NCBI GenBank assembly: GCA_963789265.1
Contig: CAWBKB010000005.1
Coordinates: forward strand, 704,001 to 768,000
Direction: 5' to 3'
Source of the DNA: an uncultured delta proteobacterium
GTDB taxonomy: Bacteria; Desulfobacterota; Desulfomonilia; Desulfomonilales; Desulfomonilaceae
DNA: 64,000 bases
Positions within the stretch are counted from its first letter, which is position 1; each line of letters starts with the position of its first letter. The notes under the pieces were generated by a model. That model was not told the DNA's origin. It searched no databases and saw nothing but the letters and a program-made list of their open reading frames with translations. Both the position numbers and the translations under genes were made by a program. Shown piece by piece: positions 55,369 through 64,000 of the stretch.

Positions 55369-56709
55369 CTAGTTCCCTCCCTTTTTTCTAAGATCCTTAA
55401 ATCGCCTGGCTTTTACCTCGTATCGAGGGAGCGTGCCAAAGTCGTGAATCTGGATCTCATACCCAAGGTTAGTCTTCACACGTAGCTCGGTAAGGAGCTT
55501 GGCTTTAAGCTCCTCTTTCGACGAACTCGCGCCGGCGGCCAGCTCTATCTTGAGTAGGATATGATCGATATCGCCTCTCTTCTCGACCACCACCTCATAT
55601 TCGTCAGCGATTCCCGGCATGGACCGCACCACATCTTCTATCGCCGAGGGGGCCAAAAGAACGCCTTTGACTTTGGTTATATCATCGGCTCGGCCGGTTA
55701 CGCCTCCGGGCACAACCCGGTACGCGCGGCCGCACTCGCATGGTTCATCGCTGAATTGCAAAATGTCCTTAGAGTCGAAACGGACACACGGCTGAGCGTA
55801 ACGGTCCAGGGCGGTGATCACGAGTTTGCCCGGTTGCCCGGCTTCTGTGATCGGATCTCCGGTGTCGAGGTCTTCCAATTCCGCAAGAAACATCGCTTCG
55901 TTAACATGCAACCCGCCAGGTTGGCACGAACATTCAAAACCCCAGGCCCCGATCTCCGTTGCGCCCGCATGATCGAACACTTTGGCGCCCCACGCCTGTT
56001 CCATTCGCTTTTTGGTGCCTGGCACAAGAGCACCGGGTTCGCCAGCGCAAGTGATCTTTCTCACGTCCAGATCGGTGGCCGGATTCAATGACATCTTGTT
56101 GGCCGCATCCGCCATGCCCAGGACATAAGTGGGGGTGGCCATCATAGCGGTGGCTTTTAGTTCCTGCATCTTCAGGATTCGCGATTTGGTGTCGAGCACG
56201 CCGCCGGGCACCGTTTCGCAACCGATTTTTTCGCACGCGTAATGCCCCGCCCAGAATGCAACAAAGATGTTGTAACCGAAAGGAAGGAATACTCGATCGT
56301 GAGGCCGGTATCCTTGTGCCCAAAGCAAAGTAGCCCAACACTCGGACCACCAGTCCCAATCTTGCCAGGTATCAGGTTGGTAAATCGGTTGGCCGGTTGT
56401 TCCGCTTGTCTGCCGAAACTCCGTGACCTCATCCAGTGGAACGCACAGTGCGTCTCCATAAGGAAACGGGTCCTTGCGCTGGACCGACCGCATCATGGAC
56501 TTTTCGACTTTGGGGACCCGCCGCACGTCATCCATGGTCCGAATATCGTCCGGCTTCAATCCTGCCTTGTCGTACATGGCCCGATGAAAACGGGACCGGT
56601 CATAAGCCCATTTGAGAATGCGTTGGAACTTCTTCAGCTTTAATTTCTCCAGTTCTTCACGGGGAAGCGTTTCCAGATACGGATTCCAATAAGGTACGCT
56701 TTTGTCCAT
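55369..56709 (-). CDS. paaK: Phenylacetate--CoA ligase family protein
   Basis: TSGTTGQP, AGEPG, GATE, GRADD..KVKGV, KARRFKDLR; substrate not certain. Confidence 0.88.
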   Translation of the reverse strand: MDKSVPYWNPYLETLPREELEKLKLKKFQRILKWAYDRSRFHRAMYDKAGLKPDDIRTMDDVRRVPKVEKSMMRSVQRKDPFPYGDALCVPLDEVTEFRQTSGTTGQPIYQPDTWQDWDWWSECWATLLWAQGYRPHDRVFLPFGYNIFVAFWAGHYACEKIGCETVPGGVLDTKSRILKMQELKATAMMATPTYVLGMADAANKMSLNPATDLDVRKITCAGEPGALVPGTKKRMEQAWGAKVFDHAGATEIGAWGFECSCQPGGLHVNEAMFLAELEDLDTGDPITEAGQPGKLVITALDRYAQPCVRFDSKDILQFSDEPCECGRAYRVVPGGVTGRADDITKVKGVLLAPSAIEDVVRSMPGIADEYEVVVEKRGDIDHILLKIELAAGASSSKEELKAKLLTELRVKTNLGYEIQIHDFGTLPRYEVKARRFKDLRKKGGN

Positions 56710-57000
56710 GCAGCTCTCCTTAAGCGGTCGTTATGGGAGTTTCGGGGCTGAGGGGTGTTCTTTGAAGCTCCCTTGTCCTGCAGGCGGATAACAGGATTGC
56801 AGCTAGTGTATCATCATCACCAGCGAAAGTGTGGGGAAAATCAGCTCTTACGTGATTGGTACCCGCCGGAAAGCAATGCTTGCCCGGAAACAGATATAGT
56901 ATTATCAAGCCCGAACGGCTATAGCAACTATACAAATTCTTGCCTGAATTGCCGCGCGCTTCACAGGCTATCCGGCTCTCACGCCCCTCCTGAAAGCCGG

Positions 57001-57061
57001 CGGTAGGACAGGCATCCAGCCTGTCATTTAAGCAACGACAGGCTGGAAGCCTGTCCCACCG
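57001..57061. repeat. Stand-alone GTGGGAC REP-like doublet
   Basis: CGGTAGGACAGGCATCCAGCCTGTC-11 nt-GACAGGCTGGAAGCCTGTCCCACCG; same family as 55042-55099. Confidence 0.8.
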
Positions 57062-57156
57062 AGCCCAAACATGTCACTTAATCTGCCCAGCGAAGCAGTT
57101 AATGCCGTCAGCCTCACAATTTATGCTATCCTTCTACACCATAACAGGAGACAAGA

Positions 57157-57825
57157 ATGAGCAAGTTAATTAAAGATAATCTCTGGCAAGTGGGGGGCAG
57201 CGAGCTGACTGGTCCCGGGGATGCCGCTATCTATCTCGTGCGCTTTGGCGACAAAGCCGCGCTTATTGATGCCGGTTGCGGGCAGGATCATGCCCGATTG
57301 AGAAAAAATATTGCAGAATGCCTGCCGCGGGATGTGCAACTCGAATATCTTCTGCTGACCCACTGTCACTTCGATCACACCGGAGGGGCCGAAGCAGTGA
57401 GAAACGAATTCGGCTGCCGTATCGTGGCCCATGAGCTGGACGCGGTCTACCTCGAATCCGGTGACAGTGAAGTGACCGCAGCATCCTGGTATGGCTCTAA
57501 GTTCAAACCGTTGACAATTGACCTCAAACTTCACGGCGCGGAGTCTACCCTCGGAGTCGGCAGTGGTACGATTACGGCTATACACTGGCCTGGTCACTCC
57601 CCGGGCTCAATGGTGTATACTACTCACATTGACGACGAACTCGTGCTCTTCGGGCAAGACGTCCACGGTCCGATTCACCCGGCCCTGTTATCTGATGAGA
57701 GGCAGTATCAGGCTTCTTTGGCCAAGCTCTTGGCCCTGGACGCGGATCTTCTCCTGGAAGGGCATTTCGGCATATTTCGGACAAAGGAAAAGGTCAGAGA
57801 ATTCATCCAGTCTTTTATGAAATAG
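57157..57825 (+). CDS. Metallo-beta-lactamase fold hydrolase
   Basis: LIDAG, THCHFDH, PGHSPG, GQD, EGH motifs. Confidence 0.92.
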   Translation: MSKLIKDNLWQVGGSELTGPGDAAIYLVRFGDKAALIDAGCGQDHARLRKNIAECLPRDVQLEYLLLTHCHFDHTGGAEAVRNEFGCRIVAHELDAVYLESGDSEVTAASWYGSKFKPLTIDLKLHGAESTLGVGSGTITAIHWPGHSPGSMVYTTHIDDELVLFGQDVHGPIHPALLSDERQYQASLAKLLALDADLLLEGHFGIFRTKEKVREFIQSFMK

Positions 57826-57914
57826 AGGATTGTCCAAGAGACAGCCAGGTGGCTCCAACAGGAACGAGCCTCAACCTGGAGTGAAGAACCAGGAATGAAC
57901 AAAACGACCAATAG

Positions 57915-58071
57915 TTCACCGCGGAGATCGCCGAGAACGCGGAGACCAGACACGGCAAATTTCGGTTTTTGACAGCAAAAGAAATACCGACCCGACTGTA
58001 CGCACCGATAACTCATACGGAAATGAATGAGCAATTACCCTCTCTGCGATCTCAGCGCACTCCGCGGTGAA
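57915..58071. repeat. Short element bounded by 31-nt imperfect inverted repeats
   Basis: TTCACCGCGGAGATCGCCGAGAACGCGGAGA ... TCTCTGCGATCTCAGCGCACTCCGCGGTGAA. Confidence 0.7.
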
Positions 58072-58101
58072 TCTCCCATTGTCCGTTGAAGGGTCACAAA
58101 A

Positions 58102-58906
58102 ATGATTCAACTTAAAAATGCCATGGAAATCTTCAAGATACTGCCAAGAACCAATTGCCGGGACTGCCGCGTTCCAACGTGCCTGGCCTTTGCCGCCGCG
58201 GTGTTCAAGGATGATAAACGCCTGACCGATTGCCCTCATTTAGACGGAACCGTTTCTGGAGGTGCTCAGCGTTCAGAACTCCGATTCCAGGACGTTGGAA
58301 CGTGAAGAGAAGCAAATGCTCGCACAGTTGAGAGGAAAAGTCGGGAGCCTGGATCTCGCTTCTTCCACGGATAGGTTGCAAGGCGCGTTTTCTGGCCTAA
58401 CACTGACGGTGAAGATGCTCGGAAAGGACTTCCATGTCGATTCCCAGGGGAACATCACGTCTGACAGCCACGTGCACGGATGGGTCACAGTACCGCTCCT
58501 CAACTATGTAATATCTTGCGTGGGCCTGCCCGTGTCAGGAAACTGGGTTCCCATGCGTGAACTCAAGAACGGCGCCATCTGGGCCCCGCTTTTCGGGCAG
58601 CGCTGTGAAAAGCCATTAAAGCAGGTGGCGGACACTCATACGGATCTGTTTGAGTTCATGGTTCAGGTCTTTAGCGCAAAACCTGCACCCAATGCTTTTG
58701 ATTCAGACATTGCGGTGGTTTTGCACCCCCTGCCCAGAGTGCCCATGCTTATATGTTACTGGAAGCCGGACGGCAGCATCGAATCATCGCTAAACGTCTT
58801 CTTCGACGACAGTGCTGAAGAGAACCTGGGCGCTGATTCACTCTACAGGATTGCCACCGGCATGGTGATGATGTTTGAGAAGATCGCGATCACGCATGGG
58901 AAATGA
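58102..58906 (+). CDS. Fe-S cluster domain plus DUF3786-like protein; one insertion at ~58254
   Basis: LPRTNCRDCRVPTCLAFA...CPHL N-terminus; WVPMREL, PLPRVP, FFD motifs in the second frame. Confidence 0.8.
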
Positions 58907-59349
58907 GGCACGGCCCTAGAAAGCTGCTGCGCAAGCTTGTCACCAGCGGGACCCTCCCGAATTCGTCGCGCCATGGTGCCTGGTGTGTCGACATATCTGA
59001 GAGGCTGCAAAGCAAAACGGCTTAGCAGGTCATACTGTTATAAGCCTGGGGCGCAATAGAGCAGAGGACGGACTTTCAGCGCAGCACTTCAAGTAGCGTA
59101 TGAGAGTGTTTAGATGTTGCCGCCTCCCACAGAAAGTAAGACGCGAAGGGGCCGAAGCTTCGGTACAAAAGGGGTCTATCTTGTGCTGCGCACACGCCCG
59201 TAAAGGGGAAATCCTTGATGATAGGAGGAATGGCTCTCAAACGGCGGCCTCTATTGACCATAATTTCGTGTTGCCGAAACAGCTTGACAAGCCCGACGAC
59301 CTAGATTAACAGGTCGCGTGGGAGAATGCGCTCTTCGGCGGAGGGAGGT

Positions 59350-60801
59350 ATGGGGTTTCTGCTGCCAGAATGGGAGATGGAATGGATCCTTGTCAACAAT
59401 CCCGCCCTTTTAGATCCTGGATCTGAAATTCTTAACCTCGAAGTAGTTGCCCAACAGTACGATTTGCCCCGGAGCGGAGGGTATGTGGACATCCTGTGCC
59501 GTTTCCCAGAGGGCTTGTTGGCAGTGGAACTGAAGAATGAATTTGTCGACGATTCCTCTGTTATCACACACCAGCTCAACAAGTATCTCGCGGACCTGTT
59601 GCACTACTCCAATAATTCCGAAGAAGTGAGATGTTTACTTGTCTCCACTCACGGGTTTTCACGACAGGTACAAGAGCTGGCCACTGCTCGTTCAGTGAGG
59701 TTGCAGACCATCTCTGTCGAGAACTTGCTCGAACAGGCCTGGCGTCTGAATACATCTGCGGATACTCTGTCGTCGGCAAAGGCGCGGCTTTTGCAGCGGC
59801 GTGTTGGATTGAAAACTTTGGACAAGGCCAAGGAACTCGTCTGCGGAAGACCTGATGCACGGTATCAACGGGATGTGGCCAGCATCGATCACTTCATAAG
59901 TTCCGGCAAGCACGACGCGTACGGATTGCGGCAGCTCGCTCGCGGTTTGAAGGAAGTGAGTCGTCGAGCCCCCATCATGGCACACAAAGTGTTCGATGAA
60001 GACGACGGAAATACCCTTAGTGGGGAGGAAGAAAAGTGGTTTTGGTTCTTCTATAGCGTGCTTGATAGACGAGCGAACGCTGCAACCTTCGTTAAGGCGA
60101 AAGAGGCACTTGAACGATGTAGACTTTTCCTGCCCCAAGAGCTCGTCCGGCTCGTGGAAACTACTTCGAATGCGGATGCAGTGGACCGCGTCTTTAGAAT
60201 TTTGCGAGATAGTGAGTTTCCTCTTGCCGCTGATTCTATCAGGCGCGACCAAGCCATGCCTTCGAGCATTGTGGATGCAGCTATGTATTTGAGCCGATTC
60301 GAGTTTTCGATGGACAATATGTTAGAATATTTTACTCAGGCCCTTTCCAGGTCCGAAGACTTAGCCGACACAATCATGGCACACTTGAGGAAGCACGTTT
60401 ATGGCGTAGGTCCGAGGATTGCGGCGCAGATCGTCCGAGGCTTGTGCCTCAAATCGGGCTGGAAGGTGACCATGTCTTCCCCGGTTCATCTGGAACAGTG
60501 CGGGTTTAACGAAACTTTCGCCGGCCCCGGCCGGTTAGGTCTCGTGTCCTCGCCGCAGAGTTACCGGAGGGAGCTGAAGCGTTTTGCGGACTCGTATCTC
60601 GGAGGGAACTGCGGTGTAATTAGCCATGCGCTCTGGTTCATCCGGAAGAGATTTTGTCTTCGGCCGAAGCGCTGTGATGAGTGCCCCGTGGCTGGCTTCT
60701 GCAATTATACTCGTTCTATGCTGCTGCGAAGCTACGACCGTAAGATGCTTGGCGCCCAACCCTCGTTGTTTTCGCGTATGGAGGAGGCCGTTCCAACCTG
60801 A
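59350..60801 (+). CDS. NucS/RecB-like PD-(D/E)xK nuclease fused to an HhH/[4Fe-4S] glycosylase-like domain
   Basis: E..NP..L, G.VDIL, AVELK, QLNKY motifs; YGVGPRIA hairpin; C-x5-C-x2-C-x5-C; RBS GGAGG 5 nt before ATG 59350. Confidence 0.8.
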   Translation: MGFLLPEWEMEWILVNNPALLDPGSEILNLEVVAQQYDLPRSGGYVDILCRFPEGLLAVELKNEFVDDSSVITHQLNKYLADLLHYSNNSEEVRCLLVSTHGFSRQVQELATARSVRLQTISVENLLEQAWRLNTSADTLSSAKARLLQRRVGLKTLDKAKELVCGRPDARYQRDVASIDHFISSGKHDAYGLRQLARGLKEVSRRAPIMAHKVFDEDDGNTLSGEEEKWFWFFYSVLDRRANAATFVKAKEALERCRLFLPQELVRLVETTSNADAVDRVFRILRDSEFPLAADSIRRDQAMPSSIVDAAMYLSRFEFSMDNMLEYFTQALSRSEDLADTIMAHLRKHVYGVGPRIAAQIVRGLCLKSGWKVTMSSPVHLEQCGFNETFAGPGRLGLVSSPQSYRRELKRFADSYLGGNCGVISHALWFIRKRFCLRPKRCDECPVAGFCNYTRSMLLRSYDRKMLGAQPSLFSRMEEAVPT

Positions 60802-62441
60802 TGGTCAAAAGAAGTCATCTAGACCGGGTACGAATTCTTGTCTTGTCAGACCTCCACTACGCAACTGACACTGGCAAATGGGAGGAAGTCTTTGCCACGG
60901 AGGGGACAAGGGAAACCGCTGCATACTCCTTCACCAACATTGAGCGCCTTCTCGGATTCATACTCAATGTGGTGAAAAGGGAATTGGACCACGTTATCAT
61001 ATTGGGAGATCTAACGCTTTTAGGCTCCCGAGACGACTTCAAGTTAGCCAAGGAGGACCTCCTCCGGTTTCAGGAGGAGCTCAAGAATGAAGGGATTACC
61101 ATAAACGCAGCCGAGGGAGAATTGGATCCCGCGATGTTCACTATCATCCCTGGCAACCACGATTTGAATGAGCCTACCGTCGGCAAGTGGACGCGCCGGC
61201 GGAGGATGGTAACTGGAGGTATGAGATCATTAATCAGCCGCGTCACGAAAAAGCCGATTGTGGCACCTCCGTCCAGCCCCGAAAAGATGTCGGAACTACT
61301 ACAGCTTTTCCGCGAATATTTTGGTGAAACCCTCTGGGATCGAAACCAGGAATCCAAGCAGTTTGGGAGTCTTGAGAAGATATTGCGCCATACTAACGTG
61401 TCACTCGTCCCATTAAATAGTTGTGTTCCGGCGCCAGTGCATCTTTTAGGAATAAACGCTCGTGGCCGAATAGATCAAGATCAAAGAGTGAAATATACAG
61501 AGTTGGGGCGCAATGGAAATGGCTCACGGCTCCGTATCGCTCTTGCCCATCATTTTCCACTTCCTATTCCGGTAAAACGCGATTCATTAACGGAGCCATC
61601 CCTGGAACTTGAAGATGCCAGTGACGTCATCCACTCTTTATACGGAGGTGCAAAATTCGCTGCTTTTTTGTGCGGACACAAGCACTCGGATTTCATTTGG
61701 TGCAACATCGCAGGAGTGCCGAAGGTAGACCGCTGTATGCCAATAATCTGTGTCGGTACGACTACCTTTCAGGCACCTCACCGAGATCACATTTGCTGCC
61801 TGATCGAATTGGAAGGTCGCAACAAGCTCAAGTTCAGCGATGAAAACACTTTGATCAAGGTCCACCATTATGAGTCCAGGAAACTTGCTGCCTCCCTCGT
61901 GAATACATTCGAGTTCTCGCCTGAGCCGGGCACACATAAAGAATTCACTAGTCTGACGGCCAGATGGATCAGAGAGGTGGAGAAAGCACCCGGGAGTAAG
62001 ATAAAACTCATAGACTTCAGATCTGAAGAATCCTGGAAGTTACTCAAGCCACTGCATCAAGAAACTGAGGCTGCAAGGCTGGAATTCAGTCGCTGGGGGA
62101 CTGTCTTCTACGGAGACACTCAAGGAGCGATTGAGGATTTTGAAATATTAGTAGGTGGCGAGTATCGTAAGGGTCCAATTTGCCTCATTTTCTCATGTAG
62201 GGCGCGGGATGGAGAGCCTGAACTAAAGATAAGCTGCAAAGAAAGTTCTAATCCAATGACTGATTTTGAATCGGTGTCACAAAACGAGTTTAGAAAAAAC
62301 TTCTTTCTGAATTATATTTCCCCGGATACCAAGCTACTGGTTTCTTTTAGATCAAGTCGTCTTGCCGAGGTGGTGCTCCATTGTGTCCTTGTTCTTGAAT
62401 TTCCCATAGTACGGTCGGAGACAGCCTATGACAATGCCTGA
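60801..62441 (+). CDS. Calcineurin-like metallophosphoesterase with an unknown C-terminal region
   Basis: SDLH, LGDLT, PGNHD, AHH, GHKH (complete metal-ligand set); TGATG overlap with the upstream gene. Confidence 0.88.
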   Translation: MVKRSHLDRVRILVLSDLHYATDTGKWEEVFATEGTRETAAYSFTNIERLLGFILNVVKRELDHVIILGDLTLLGSRDDFKLAKEDLLRFQEELKNEGITINAAEGELDPAMFTIIPGNHDLNEPTVGKWTRRRRMVTGGMRSLISRVTKKPIVAPPSSPEKMSELLQLFREYFGETLWDRNQESKQFGSLEKILRHTNVSLVPLNSCVPAPVHLLGINARGRIDQDQRVKYTELGRNGNGSRLRIALAHHFPLPIPVKRDSLTEPSLELEDASDVIHSLYGGAKFAAFLCGHKHSDFIWCNIAGVPKVDRCMPIICVGTTTFQAPHRDHICCLIELEGRNKLKFSDENTLIKVHHYESRKLAASLVNTFEFSPEPGTHKEFTSLTARWIREVEKAPGSKIKLIDFRSEESWKLLKPLHQETEAARLEFSRWGTVFYGDTQGAIEDFEILVGGEYRKGPICLIFSCRARDGEPELKISCKESSNPMTDFESVSQNEFRKNFFLNYISPDTKLLVSFRSSRLAEVVLHCVLVLEFPIVRSETAYDNA

Positions 62442-63483
62442 ACAGCCAGTTTATGCACCTGAGGAAGGTTTAGCGCCATTTGCGGGAAACACGATTACCG
62501 AAGTCTATAACACGCTCAAGAGATTTTTTGAAAATAAGAAAGATGCTACGGTATTGCACGTTCTCACCCTCGTCCGGTCTCCAGAATATCTTGTCCCGGA
62601 TGAACAGGTTATTTCTGCTCAAGAGGTTAAGGACGCCGTGCGCGGCCTCACTGATCAACCAGAACGAGAACAGTTCAAATTCAATCACTGGGATAGGATT
62701 TCGAGCTTTGGAAGACCTTTTTACAAAGTTGATCAGTTTGAAAACGCGGGAAAAGCTCTCTGCGAAGAATTAGAGAATAGGGAAGCAAGGACGTCGGCGA
62801 GTGCAGCGTTTGTAGTGACCGACCCTCTAAAAGACCTTGCCTCTAGGGATAGTGACACGCCGCCTCCATTTTTTTGCATGGGTCAATTTTGGCTAGACCA
62901 CCTAGGTCGGCTGGGGATAACGGGCGTTTATAGGCGGCAGGAGATGTCTTCATGGTGGGTTGTAAATATCTGGGAACTCGCCACTTACAGGGACAGGATG
63001 TGTGAGTACCTGAAGAGCTGTGGCTTCCAGGTCAGGGAGGGATCTGTGGCTACTCTGGCCGTTTTGGCTTACTGGCGAAGCAAGAAAAAATCTCCGGTTC
63101 CACTTCCCGATTTTGACAGACCCGAATTACGCGGCCAGATAGGGTCTTCATTGCTAGCGACCTTCGATGGTGACAGTGCGGCCGCCGGATCGTTGGAAAA
63201 GATGCTTCGGGAAAAGGCCAAAACGATAACAAAAAGCAATGCTCCGAGAGGTGGCCTCAAAACCTTGTTGGATCTTCTGTCTGCGGTCGAGTCGTATTTC
63301 AAGATGAAAAATGAGGAAATCTTTTATGAGCTGTTCCGTCAAGTGAAGGAAGCGGATCAGTATCATTCGCAATTCTCGCAGCCAGTCTTTCGAGCCATAA
63401 CAGTGGATAGCCTTGCCCAGTGTTACGAGAAACTAGCTGATACGTTCGAGACCCTCAAAGGAAAACTTGAGCAACAGCAATGA
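62428..63483 (+). CDS. Divergent thymidylate-synthase-fold protein
   Basis: HWDRI..., VDQFE...EEL, PPPFFCMGQF...L....VYRRQEM..WWVVNIWEL follow the order and spacing of ThyA core motifs; RBS GGAG, 14-nt overlap. Confidence 0.6.
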   Translation: MTMPEQPVYAPEEGLAPFAGNTITEVYNTLKRFFENKKDATVLHVLTLVRSPEYLVPDEQVISAQEVKDAVRGLTDQPEREQFKFNHWDRISSFGRPFYKVDQFENAGKALCEELENREARTSASAAFVVTDPLKDLASRDSDTPPPFFCMGQFWLDHLGRLGITGVYRRQEMSSWWVVNIWELATYRDRMCEYLKSCGFQVREGSVATLAVLAYWRSKKKSPVPLPDFDRPELRGQIGSSLLATFDGDSAAAGSLEKMLREKAKTITKSNAPRGGLKTLLDLLSAVESYFKMKNEEIFYELFRQVKEADQYHSQFSQPVFRAITVDSLAQCYEKLADTFETLKGKLEQQQ

Positions 63484-63520
63484 ACGTGAACAATATTGTA
63501 GAATGGTCATGGGAGGAAAA

Positions 63521-64000
63521 ATGGAAAAAACAACCATGCCCTTCGCGCGTGAACTGAAATTGGAGCTCACAAATGCGTGCGGCTTGGCCTGCGCCCATTG
63601 CTCGACAGATTCCGGTTCCACTGCATCTCTTTGCATTCCTACGGCTGATGCAATTCGAATAGTGTGCCAGTTTCGGGAGCTAGGTGGTGAGCGGCTCATT
63701 TTGACCGGTGGTGAGCCGCTTCAACATCCCGAGATTGATCTCATTGCTGCTTTTTCAAAGCAAATAGGTCTTCAAGTCGTGGTATATACGACCGGACTTG
63801 ATATCAATTCGGACGTATCCAGGGACAGACTGCTACACCTGGCCCCAATCATAGATGGATTTGTCTTCTGCCTACATGCCGCTGTACCTGATGTGCACGA
63901 CCACCTTACAGGGGTGCGTGGCAGTTTTGAAGCTACTGTTTCCGCCATCAGCCTTGTAATGAGATGGGGTAAGCCCGTCTGCATTCATCACGTACCACTT
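63521..64000 (+). CDS. Radical SAM protein (PqqE/NirJ-like), truncated by the window end
   Basis: Own translation: MEKTTMPFARELKLELTNACGLACAHCSTDSG...LTGGEPLQHP...YTTG...HDHLTGVRGSF; CxxxCxxC; RBS GGAGG; open to position 64000. Confidence 0.93.
   Translation, partial: MEKTTMPFARELKLELTNACGLACAHCSTDSGSTASLCIPTADAIRIVCQFRELGGERLILTGGEPLQHPEIDLIAAFSKQIGLQVVVYTTGLDINSDVSRDRLLHLAPIIDGFVFCLHAAVPDVHDHLTGVRGSFEATVSAISLVMRWGKPVCIHHVPL

Noticed and set aside
254..58071. CRISPR array among the palindromic repeats
   Set aside because: Repeats are dispersed, not tandem with spacers; no cas genes seen
7617..58906. glgB, PPS-like gene, acsC, ilvB, tpiA, pgk, pta and the DUF3786-like gene as pseudogenes or programmed frameshifts
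   Set aside because: Segments are otherwise intact, several genes are core metabolism, all lesions are +1 insertions with a shared motif; sequencing artefact is far more likely
59230..59304. 24-aa ORF (MALKRRPLLTIISCCRNSLTSPTT) as a radical SAM precursor peptide
   Set aside because: AGGAGG lies only 1 nt from the ATG, the ORF is 4 kb from the enzyme, and nothing else supports it
63521..64000. Radical SAM as a prokaryotic viperin
   Set aside because: The motif context (ELTNAC.L.C.HCS, HD..TGVRGSF) is PqqE/NirJ-like, not the viperin CNYxCxFCF type

Overview
Chromosomal window of an anaerobic deltaproteobacterium (Desulfomonile/Syntrophales-like, inferred from gene content only), probably near the replication origin because it carries a perfect parS site at 43739. 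Most of it is housekeeping and energy metabolism: usp/CBS genes with a sigma54 promoter, an RRM protein, tRNA-Ile2(CAT)-Nif3-zinc ribbon, glgB, tig-clpP-clpX-lon, a GT2/epimerase/lptG group, a Wood-Ljungdahl cluster (acsD fused to cooS, acsB, acsC, acsE), ilvB-ilvN-psd-pssA-leuA, gap-pgk-tpiA-secG, pta-ackA, an MMPL exporter and paaK. The best candidate for an undescribed system is the tightly packed operon at the right end (59350-64000, truncated). It encodes a NucS-like PD-(D/E)xK nuclease fused to an HhH/[4Fe-4S] glycosylase-like domain, a calcineurin-like metallophosphoesterase, a divergent thymidylate-synthase-fold protein and a radical SAM enzyme missing from the ORF track, which suggests a base-modification or anti-phage system. 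Second, I count 15 single-base-insertion frameshifts in conserved genes; 13 (possibly 14) fall on GTAC/GTTC (GTWC), which looks like a sequencing artefact caused by a site-specific DNA modification. Third, the window holds a family of nested miniature repeats, including a MITE with 8-bp target-site duplications. All family assignments come from motif recognition by eye; no searches were run.
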